Source: Klebsormidium nitens (taxonomy: Eukaryota > Plantae > Klebsormidiophyceae). Taken from it: a DNA stretch of 64,000 nucleotides. Each line of letters opens with the position of its first letter. Position 1 is the stretch's first letter. Both the position numbers and the translations under genes were made by a program. Below the pieces are notes generated by a model. It saw nothing but the letters and a program-made list of their open reading frames with translations. It was not told the origin of the DNA and made no database searches. This document shows, piece by piece, positions 13,001 through 23,005 of this stretch. The stretch covers positions 106,153 to 170,152 of the forward strand of contig DF237102.1 of NCBI GenBank assembly GCA_000708835.1. Reading direction: 5' to 3'.

Positions 13001-13687
13001 TACGGCTCTTTTTCTCAAAGCGGTCTTCTGAAGAAGGCCTCTTTATCCTTCCTTCCAATCTTTCAAAGGCAGACTCAACAAGCACTGCCACCGCTTCGCA
13101 GACGAGCGCGCGGCCGACCCGGCGATTCAGCTGCGACACATTGCTTGCAAGGTGCGAAAAGGTTAAACTCCTGATTAAGCCAATTCGTTCCAGCAAGAAC
13201 TTCATCCGGGTTATTTAGTCACAGCCTTAGTCGGTTTCCCGAAAAGGGTTCTCGTTTCGTCCAGGTCGGGGAGTCGCCGACCGCGGGCATCGAGGAAGTG
13301 ACGTTCTTGTACCAGCTGGCGGCGGGCGCTTGCCCCAAGAGCTACGGCACCAACGTCGCGAAACTCGCGGGAATGCCAGATGCCGTGCTCGCGCGCGCCG
13401 CGGTCAAGTCGGCCGAAGTCGAGAGCACGTCCGACGATCTGACGGCCGGCTCGGCAAAGAGGAAGGTGGGCGATGGAGATGAGCGGGAACCGCCGCTGGA
13501 CCAACTAGAGCGAGAGCTGCTTGACAGAGTGACGGTGGCGTTGAAGGGCACTGGGCGGCCCGCTGCGAGTCGGGAGCTTGTTGAGGTTTGGCAAGAGGCG
13601 AAGAGAGCAAGCGTGGAGAGCCCGCAACTACTGAAGCGGCGGAGACTGGAAGAGGATGCGTTTGTTAGACCTGAGGGCGTAGTTTGA
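1089..13687 (+). CDS. MSH6: DNA mismatch repair protein MSH6 (MutS-alpha subunit), about 19 exons
   Basis: N-terminal PIP box QRSINSFF and Tudor domain ([17 protein letters not shown]...VLYDD; absent from plant MSH7). MutS-I exons RQWWEFK (3244-3297), [33 protein letters not shown] and [14 protein letters not shown]. Walker [15 protein letters not shown] (~11660-11703), [24 protein letters not shown], Walker [15 protein letters not shown], and TFLYQL...[18 protein letters not shown] exon boundaries are phase-consistent where checked (e.g. 1820/1979, 10618/11349, 11703/12091, 12269/12794, 12986/13265). Stop at 13687. Confidence 0.97.
7771..7856. repeat. Degenerate telomere-like C-rich tract in MSH6 intron
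   Basis: accctaacactaaaaacctaacccttaaaatcacccttatcc...cacctaaacccccaacctaacccc: multiple CCCTAA/ACCTAA-like units. Confidence 0.5.
9832..10460 (+). repeat. Tandem array of decayed copies of the 3' splice site and 5' part of MSH6 exon 10461-10618
   Basis: Units beginning (C)AG|GTTCC(G/A)CTG at 10002, 10059, 10196 and 10332 (spacing 129-137 bp for the last three) copy the exon start GTTCCGCTGGACTTCGAGCGCGGCTCCGGGAAGAAGGGCGTG at 10461. Older remnants lie at ~9832 and ~9899. Confidence 0.92.
12661..12793 (+). repeat. Short degenerate tandem repeat (CTCTA(A/G)AATCCTGACAAT-like) stacking CTGAC motifs before an acceptor
   Basis: Units at ~12691, ~12725 and ~12751; about seven CTGAC within 130 bp upstream of the AG at 12792-12793. 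Confidence 0.7.
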
Positions 13688-14743
13688 GAAGGCGTCTTTG
13701 AGACCTGGAATAAATTCATGCTTTGCTGTGTTTGGTCGCCATGAAGTACCTGTTTGGTCAATCATCCGTTTTCCAGAGAATGGAGATCAGCAGTGATCTG
13801 CGGCACGATTCGGACCTAAAATGGGGGATGCTTTCTATCCAGAGATGTTCGCATGCAGCAGATAAAGTCATTCCTGAACCCATATAACCGCGATTTGATG
13901 TCCATCTGGATGTGGTGCAAGGCGATTGTTATGAAGCTTGCAAGTCATTTTTCGTGTTATAGCCATCCGCATGTTGGCCATGTCGCATTGGTTTTGGGAA
14001 CTCCCGTTGGTGAAGTCTTTCAATCTCCGCTCCATCATGCATGCGTCAGTGCAAACACAAAAATTCCGCAAGATCCAGGCTTGACAGGCGCGCAATCGAC
14101 CATGAAGTGTGTGCGTCGTGAGTAAAACAACACGAATTATATGAACTCGATCCACAACTTTGATGTTGCCTGTGCATGTCTCTGCGCAATTTGGGTCGCG
14201 CCGAGGCGCCTATACGCTTGAGTCTTTAGAAAGAAGCGAACATGAGCCGTTATATATTCGTACAACCATGGGCGCCTGCATGCACATGCATGCACCAGAC
14301 TTCAAAGCATGTCATGCATGTCCATGTGCCGGCAGATCGAGCCAATTCCTTTGGTAGCACGGGATTCGTAATTGCGCCCATTCAATTCGCGCATTCCTTC
14401 AGGAGAGTACCGTACGCAGACATATTGTGCATGACTTCTCATGACGTTAGGAAACTTGAAACTGCATGGTACAAGCCCCAAAACCGGTAGGCTTCAAATC
14501 AGGTTTTAGCGCCGGCCAGTGCATCAATCAGAGCGCGTGCAAGAGGCGGAAGCAGTAAATTAGATACAGATGATGGACGCGATTATGCAATGCGATCTGA
14601 CGGCGGCTTAAGGGTCACAGTCCTAGGTTGGCGTTCGTAATCGAGGTGTCGATTAAATAAAGTTACTGCTCTTTGATGGATCTACGCCTTCTGTGTCAAG
14701 CATGTTGATGGACTTGGACTAAGCAACAAACTCGCGTACTACC

Positions 14744-14827
14744 TTTCAGTCAACTCAGAATGTCGGTCTAAACCAGGCGGATGCATTTCAGTCAACTCGG
14801 AATGTCGGGCTAATCTAGGCGGATGCA
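14744..14827. repeat. 42-bp direct tandem duplication (2 copies), intergenic
   Basis: tttcagtcaactcagaatgtcggtctaaaccaggcggatgca followed by tttcagtcaactcggaatgtcgggctaatctaggcggatgca. Confidence 0.85.
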
Positions 14828-15306
14828 GATTCCAACGAACCTACGAAACGAAACCTTTTCTTGCCAGCCTCCGGTGTCAAACAACCAAACGCCTCGACCA
14901 GCGTCACCCTCCGGACGCTATCCAATCACCCCGCTCTTTCTCGACACGATACACCTCCAGTCGCCATTCCTGAGCTCGGGATCAGCTGCACGACAGATTT
15001 GCAGGGAATTGTAAGATGAAAGTCATAGAGCAAATATTTGATCCTATGGGAACCAGCAAATTTTCTCAAAGGCTAACTTGGTGCTAGCTTCTCATCGTGA
15101 ACTGAGCTCATAAACGGTTGCCCTTCCCCAGACTAGCGTGGTGTGTCATCAGCAGCGAGATGTATTTGCAATTCAAAGATCGGGGAGTGAAGCAGGTGCA
15201 AGATAACAGAATACCTTGTGCGCGAATCCAATTTGTCCAAGATAGACGGCGTCAGACGCAAATCGCGACAAAAGTCTGCAAGAACGGAGTCACAGAAAAA
15301 GGCGCC

Positions 15307-18300
15307 TCACCCGCAACACCACATCCGCCTTCGACCCTGCCCAGCCGCCGGCGAGCCCCGTGCAGGGATCCCTTTGCCCCCGTCTAGGCACGCCTGGCAC
15401 AGCCAGACGGAAGCGTTGCCGCTCCGCGGATCCAGCACGGCCGCCACCGACTTGTCGCCTGTCAGCGAGTCCACGGTTGGCGGAGCCGGACGGGCTTTGT
15501 CGAAGAACAGCTGTCCTTTCCAGGCCCCCTCCTTGTCGTGCTCCTGCAGGAAGCTCGTCAGCTCGAAAGCTTCGAGCCCCCGCCTGCTCACTTGCCGGAT
15601 GCTCCTGGAGGCCGACAGGGCCCGCTGGACTTTGGCGGGGAGCGCTCCCTCCGCCTGCAAAGGAAAAGAAGTGCCAGCAGGATCAGAAGTGGAGATTGAA
15701 CGTACTGGTCGCGCGCAAAGGCGTTCGGGTGGTGCGTTCGGGCAGGGCAAGGGCAGTCAGACTGGTGTCCCGGCCACCAGGTACTTGCATCAAAGGCTCA
15801 TCACTCGGATCCGGGCGAGTCGAAGAAGAGAAGATCCATATGGGTGTAAAAAGCTGCCCTTGCCGTTTGAAATCTCAAAGTGATAGCTTCGTCTCCTGAG
15901 GACTCCGGAGGCCAGCATAACGGGGACGGTGCCTGCGAGCCGCCCTTAAGATCGCAAAGTGGAAGCAGTCGCTCTAAGGAAACAACGGTCCAGGACCTGG
16001 CAGAAATATTACTGAGCAATTGCTTTGTGAATAATGAGGCGTAGATGCAGATCTAGACACGGATTTAGACCTACGGCGAGAATGCCCGTGACACTATTTC
16101 AGAGTGACATTCAGCCTTTAATGGTTGACCGGCCATGTGCTCCAATGAATCAGTTTGCCTTGTGAGCCGTTCGTCTCCAAAGTTTCGTTCCTGCTGATTT
16201 GTTTGCCAGCCTTGCAAGCTCGCTTACCGCGTCGAGCGGTCCCTTGGCCAACTCAACCGCCTTCACCAGCCCGTCCGCCAGCGATTCCGCTCCAAATGCA
16301 GGGGCGACAAGCCTGCTCAACTTGCCCAGCGCGAGCAGGACTCCGAGCGCTGAGGCGAGCCGATTGCCCCACTTCGACTTCCGCCGGATCGCGTAACCGC
16401 TCCCCTGCATAAGGACGTCGATTCGGGCCAACGTCAGGCGGTTTCTGGGCCACTTGTAAGACTGTAAAGCGCGCGGGACGGCAATCGCTGCCATCTTTGT
16501 GAAGAGCTAAACCGCAGATAGTGCAACAGAAAACAAACTTCGTAGAAACTCCGAACGGTCGGTCTGATTGCAAATTTGTTCGACGGCTGATTCTTGAACC
16601 GTTGTCGCAGCTTAAGGGATATTCTTCTTCGAAGCAGTGATTTGCAATCAGTTCTCAGCTTCTACCAGTACACATGGGCGACTGTCTGCGCTGCAATATC
16701 TTTGGGACGTAGTAGCTCAAATGGAAAAATTAAAAACGAGCAGACTGTCATCTCAGGCTTGACAAGCAGATTGTTAAGTTGCTGCCCTTTGGCCGCTAGA
16801 TTTGTGACAGATGTGAATCCGGCCATCTAGAAACGGCAGACGCTTGTTACGCATTGTGTCGAGAATCAGGGAGCCAAAAAATCAAAAGTTGATTCTGCTT
16901 ACTTGCTTGCACCCGGTCCAGTATGCCCTAAGCTATTTGCAGCACAAAGGATTTGCAGGACTCTTTCCAAAGAAACGCCCGCACGAGACACCTCACCTGC
17001 GGCTCCCCGCACTCCTCACACACGAGGAACAGCCGCGCGTGGTCCTGGAAGAGGCCCCCCATGAGGCGGTTGTAGGCAACGGCGAGGAACTTCCGCGCCC
17101 CAACTTCGACCGCAGAGTCCGCGCTCGAGGCAGCCAAACCGGCATCCACCGCCTCCTTGATCACCGCCCTCATGCCCTCGAGCGCGCGGGCTTTGTCTAG
17201 GCCCTCCCGATGGACGATGAACACCCGCGGCGCGACGTCCGTTTTCGCTGCAACGATCAACGCCCCCAGCGCATGCTGCGCCTGCTCGATCAGGAGCGGG
17301 AACCCCCGTTGCATCTGGTCAATGCGCCGCAACGCAGCTAGCACCTCCTCCTGGCGGAACGCCTCTCTCAGCCGCTCGGGGCTGGGGGCTATTTGCGCCC
17401 ACGGGACGTCGTTGTGAGGGGATGTGCTCGGATTGCCCACACTTTGACAGTCCCCCCGCAGCATGCCGGCATGCCTCCCTTGAACCAACTCGCCCAGAAC
17501 CGACGGGGTAAGCCTGAGGAAGTGACCCGGTTGATGCAGAGGACAGACCGCGAGGTACTCTATCCGATGGTCCCCGTGGAATGCCACTCTGTGGAGGGAG
17601 AAGGCGGAGAGCACGATCGAACTGAGCGGTCCCCAAAGGTCTTCGTCCCCACTTCCATCCTGGACCAGTTGAGCCGCTTCCTTCTGCCCCACCTTGGCCA
17701 GCATGTCGAGACACGACCCGCCGTCCGCATCCCGGCGACTCTCTACCAAGATCGAGACGCTTCGGGGCGCCTCGATAAGCACCCCTCCTTGCCACTGGTC
17801 GGAGGCTTTTGGCGGGAACGCAACGCAGATGCCAGACTGCACAAGGGCCGTCTCGAAGAAACCCGCCGGCAGGCGGCCCCGACTTGTCAGCCGCCAACCC
17901 CGTACCAGGTCCCCCGCTTGTGGAGCCCACTTGGCGGCAACAGCATCTGGCCTCCCCTCCGGCCATCTTCCTGGCAGGTAGTACGTTTGTCCCCCTCCGC
18001 CCAAACTCCCGCTCTCCGGTTTGGGGTATCCGAGCTTCAGAGGCGTGAGAAGACTAAGAAGGTGCCCACTGTTGACTGAACCCCCCCGTGCTCTCAGCTT
18101 GGGCAGCTTTGGGATGGTACTCTCCCGCAAGAGTCCTCGCTCGATGAGATCTTCTAGATCGGAGTCTCCCTTTGCCTCTAGCGTATGACTGAAAAGGTCG
18201 CCTAGGATCCGCGCCACCCATGAGGGCTCCAGAAAAACGACGCCACGCAACCGCGAGTTTTCTGGGAACCTAAGAATGTAGCCAAGGGCACTCATGTAGC

Positions 18301-21071
18301 CTAACGCCTCACGAAACTCCCGCTCGTCCTGAAAACTGAGCCGCCCCTTAAATTGGAGCCAGAAGCCGTGTAGATCCACTTCTGAAAGGGCACCCGCCAA
18401 ATCCTGTATCCCGCTTTGGGGGTCGGCCTTTTGTAGATCTTCTTGGAGGGCGCTTACAAGAGCGAATAGGTCGATCCAGGTTTGAGGCAATCTTCGGAGG
18501 AAGCTGCCCGGATCCCCTTCAACCAAACGCACCAGCTCTGTCTCAACCTCTAGCACGCCTAAATATGCAGACGAACTAACTGAGAACGTCTTGGCCCAAA
18601 GCTCAGGAGGCTGCCTCACATAAAGATCCAAGTCAATTTCCGCACGCTCTGCGATTCGAGATAGGTCTTCTGCCAGGGACTTCCGTAGATAGGCATGTAC
18701 GGAAGATAACCTTTGCTCCGCTTCGCCTGGCCCCAACTTATCGCACTTCGTACCGACCAAAATATACTTTATCCAGGAGCAACGGCTTGTATGGAGTCAA
18801 GTCGCTCCTGCAAATAGAAACACGAATTTGAAACTGTAGGCAGAAGAAGCTGCATCAAAAAGATTATGGGAATGATGGTGCCAAGTGAGGCTGGCGATTC
18901 AACAACCAAACATAGGGAGGGCCAAGCTTGCTTTGAAATTCGGGCTGCAACACTTCGCACGCGAAGAAACTGGATAACGGAGTAGTTTGCTGAAGATATG
19001 GAGAAGTACATGTGGTCATGAGCCGGTCAGAGAATGTTTAACGACGTCACTCCAAGAAAGTCGTGGTGCCTTACTAAGAGTTTGGGACTCTCTTGCCTCT
19101 CTCTTGATATAAAGACCGAGGAAAGTTGTGTAGGGGACGCAATGAAGTAGAAGCTCAACAGTGCAAAAAAAAGTTCAACAGTGATTGAAGATCTTTAAAA
19201 GTCTTTGGCTTTCCAAATCCCTTTCCCTTCAGGTTGCCTTCGAAGCAATTCACAAACCCCAAATCAGGGCTTTGCATCGCCCCCCATCAAGCAGATTCAC
19301 GCCCAGCATCAAGCAGATTCAGTCTGTAGATTCTGCATAGTCATTGAAATACAGGAAAGCTTTGGAGATTGGTTGCAGAGTACGATGACAGGCAGATCCA
19401 TAAGCTCACCTTGATGGTCGCCTTGGGAGCTCCTTCCTCACTAAGATCAACCACCAGAACGTAGATACAGTGGTCAGCAGTAAAGAAAAGCCGCTGCATG
19501 GCCCCGTACTGCTCCTGCCCAGCACAGTCAAAAACTCTAAATGTGATCGGCGTTTTCGAGACGTCCACTTCTGGTTTCCACTCCCAGAATCTGACGTCAA
19601 TGCCAATTGTTGTCTCCGTTCCCTCTGGCACTGGTGCTTTTGTCTTCAAGGCTTTAAACAAGCTGGATTTTCCTACGCCTCCCGGCCCAACAAACATAAG
19701 CTTTGCCATCGCTCTTGTGTTGCTGTCTCTTGCAGCTTGTTTAAGGAAGCTAAGCACGGCAGCCGGTCCATTTGAGACCACCTCTGCTGGTGGAAAAAGC
19801 AAAGGGTTTCCATCAACAACAAGCTTTTCCAAAGCTTGGTATTGTCCAAACGTCGTTGGCAAGTGACGAAGTTTGTTGGCCTTGAGGTCTAAATATCTGA
19901 GTTCCGTCAACTTGCATAATGCCGAAGCAAGGGTCTCAGCGGCCTCATCGTCAATATCATTCTTAGCCAAGTTGAGGCTGGTAAGACTGCCAATTGTCCC
20001 GATTGCTGGGGCAAGTTCAATTATGGCCTCTTTCTCAAAGCCAACGTCACGCAGTCTAAGGGAGGTGAGACTTGCAATGTTGCTCAACCCCTTAGCAAGT
20101 ACTCGGGCCCCTTCAGAGCCTAAAGGTCTGCTAAAGTGTGTTCTGGTGACTTCTAGGGCCAGAAAAGTGAGGCCCTTAGCATTTCCGAGCCCTGTGGTAA
20201 GCTCCTTAATGCTCCCAAGAGTAAGAAACACGTTAAAAAGCCTCAGCTCAAGCGAAAGCAAATTTGGAACCTTAACCAACGCTCTCGCGAGTGCCTTTAC
20301 TCCTGGACCTGCGATGTCATTGAGTTCCAAGCTCAGCGAGGTAAGGCATGTCACCTTGCCCAGTGCCCTGGCAAAGGCTTGGGTGTTCTTGAACCCAATC
20401 ATGATATTGCCCAGATTCAGTGTTGCTAGTGCTGGTACACAATGCAATGCCCCAACAAGTGCTTCAACCCCCTGCTCCCTGATCCTATCAGTCGATAAAG
20501 TCAGGGAGGTAAGTCCCGTCACAGTCGCAAGTGCTTTAGCAAGAGCCTTGAAACAGTTGGTGTAGTCGGTGTCATAGTGAATATCTTCCTGGGGTATATC
20601 TGACATTACCAGAGTCAGAGACCTCAGCCCTGTCACCTGGCCAACTGCTGTTGCTAGAGCCACTGCACCCACAGGCCCAAAGGCATTGCCGACCAATGAC
20701 AGGGAGGTCAGCCGCAATTTGTTGCTGTTCAACGCCCTGGCCAGCGCGTTGGCACCCTCGTCATTAGATGACACGTTCCTTATTTCCAGTGACTCTAGAC
20801 CATCCAGGAGTTCGACGAGCCGTTGATAGTATGCCAGGTTCATGTCAATATTGACGCTGCCGTCATCCACAGCATCAGATGCTGTGTTCTCCCTGGTCTT
20901 ATAAAAAAGTCTCAATACCTGGTCAATCTGTTCTTCAGGGCTCTCCATAATGGTACTCCCTTCCATCTGTTCACATTGCCAGGACTGCATCCACGGAATG
21001 AAAATACGTAAGTTCAGCCGGCAGGTGGAGATTACCTCAGACCTTGACTCAGATGGCCAGCTATCGGACAT
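15307..21071 (-). CDS. ROCO protein: RNI-like LRRs + Roc GTPase + COR (TORNADO1-like family); apparent frameshift at ~18771
   Basis: Exon 21071?-19410 has ~28-aa LxxLxLxxNxIxxxGxxALAxAL repeats, then G1 GPGGVGKS, G2 TIG and G3 DCAGQ. Exon 18807-16997 has G4 VGTKCD and COR (ALGYMSALGYIL...VVFLEPSWVARIL). Exons 16404-16228 (GYAIRRKSKW) and 15654-15307 (WLCQAC...MWCCG*) follow. The canonical splice 19410->18807 reads ERLDSIQAVAPG*, with the VGTK frame shifted by one base. Start codon uncertain. Confidence 0.88.
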
Positions 21072-21075
21072 TGTC

Positions 21076-21667
21076 CACCATTGGGGCTTGCAAGGAGCAA
21101 CATTTGAAGAACTTTGCAATTCAGTATTTTCAGTAAAGAAGAAAAAAACCTTCTTTTAGGTTCTGATGTAACTCGATGAAAAGCTAGACTTCAGAGAATG
21201 TTGATCTGGTGGAAAGGAAGCATCTTGAGTCTCCAAACCAAAAGTTTACCTTAAATGGGTGACATTCTCAGCATTCACAATAAACGCAATCTCTTGTATC
21301 CGGTGCACTTTCCATGCAGATCCCCCACAAACTAGATCAAAGAATGAACTTGATACCGAAGTGGTTGCTGGCTGACACCATTGGGGCTTGCAAGGAGCAA
21401 CATTTAGAGAACTTTGCAATATAGTATCAGAGAAACACTCGTTCTTTGAGCTTCTGATGTAACTCGATGAAGAGCCAGACTTCAGAGAATGTTGATCTGG
21501 TGGAAAGGAAGCATCTTGAGCCTCAAACCAAAAGTGTACCTGAGATGGGTGAAATTCTCAGATTTACTCAATACACGCAATCTCTTGAAATGCGGTGCAC
21601 TTTCCATACGGATCCCCCACAAATAAGATCAAAGAATGAAGGTGCTAGGGGAGCAGTTGCTGGCTGA
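21076..21667. repeat. ~300-bp tandem duplication at the 5' end of the ROCO gene
   Basis: Copy 1 at 21076-21375 and copy 2 at 21376-21667 both start caccattggggcttgcaaggagcaacattt and end gttgctggctga; internal blocks such as agacttcagagaatgttgatctggtggaaaggaagcatcttgag are identical. Confidence 0.92.
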
Positions 21668-22795
21668 AAGATTAAATTCATGATAGTTGGCTTTCAAGTT
21701 TAGCTAAGAGATTGAAAAACTACAGTTTAATAGATTCAATCAAAGCCCGTCAGAGTGTCCTCTTCTTTGTCGCATCCTCTTCTCAAAACTTGGAAAACTG
21801 TACATTATGACTGGTGAACTAAGGTCGTCTGGCATTGTCCAAGGTACAATGTAGCACATGTAATGCCAAATGATGGTTCCAAACTCTTTCTTTCGCTGCA
21901 GTAACTGAGATGTGCCTCAAAGAAGCAGAGCTAGCACTGTAGCAGCAGCAAACACGCCATTGCCATTGCAAGACCTGGGAACATGCTCACCTGATGAAGC
22001 ACCGAGCATCTGGCTCCCCAGAATGTAGACCTGAGCGATGCTAGATGAACAAATAATGGCCTGCTGCCAGCCAGGACCCCCTGCCCAGACCTGTGTGACA
22101 CTGACAGTGAACAAGAAGACTGTGAATTCTGAATGAACAAGCTAGACAGTGGCATTTCTCCATGATTGGACTCATGAGCAACACTGAGCCATTACTGGCT
22201 CTCGGATGACCCTTGTCGACGGCTGAGATTGATCGTCGAAAGTGATTTGCGACGGCGTTTCTGCATACTGTATCGTGGCAACGTAATTGGCCTGGCCAAC
22301 GCCTAGGATCGGACTACATGGCATATTGATTGTAATTTGTGACATATTGTTGTTCTTCCAGTTAAGTACAATCCTGGAAGCACATTCTCAGATTCTGTGC
22401 CAAGCATGAGATTTCCATTGTACCGTCCTAATAGTAATGGAAAGAGTTTGCACATGCAGATGGCCCCTGGAATTACGCACAATTACGGTATGCATGTTCC
22501 TTTTCCCCCGTACATCCGTATAGCCTTCGCCAGACAACAAGAACGCTTTGGGAACGATGAGTCCGGCACGACAGTTGGGTACCTTTGTGGCGTGTTCATG
22601 GGCAAGAACAATGCGCGTGACCTAACAAGTCTGCACTTTCTGCATATACAATAGAAACTTGCCGCGAAATTACGATACAAGGGAGTCATGATGCTGATTA
22701 CGTCCAAGTGGGTCTGAGAGCAACAAGCTGAGCGAACAAAAATCTTGCAAGGGCGAGGTTGAATGCAACAAGATGCCAATACCCTCACGTCTTAC

Positions 22796-22849
22796 ATTGA
22801 CAACAATACGATTGACGGCAATACCATTGACAACAATACCATTCACGGC
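22796..22849. repeat. 15-bp minisatellite (~3.5 copies)
   Basis: attgacaacaatacg / attgacggcaatacc / attgacaacaatacc / attcacggc. Confidence 0.8.
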
Positions 22850-23005
22850 TCTGCACCAGGTCTAGTTTGCTATTTGGAGCCAACGTCAATGTCAATGGTT
22901 TCCCACGTTCTCTGAGTTGCAAGCACCAGCCGCAAAGAAACCAGAGTCGGCTAGTCCATTCAGTATGTGCTATAGTTCAAATAAATCCTCAGTATTCAAG
23001 CGCTC

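Noticed and set aside
1089-13687. Alternative call MSH7
   Set aside because: The N-terminal Tudor domain and full MutS domain set indicate MSH6.
15307-21071. Assigning the symbol TRN1 to the ROCO gene
   Set aside because: Architecture is similar but orthology cannot be shown without a phylogeny.
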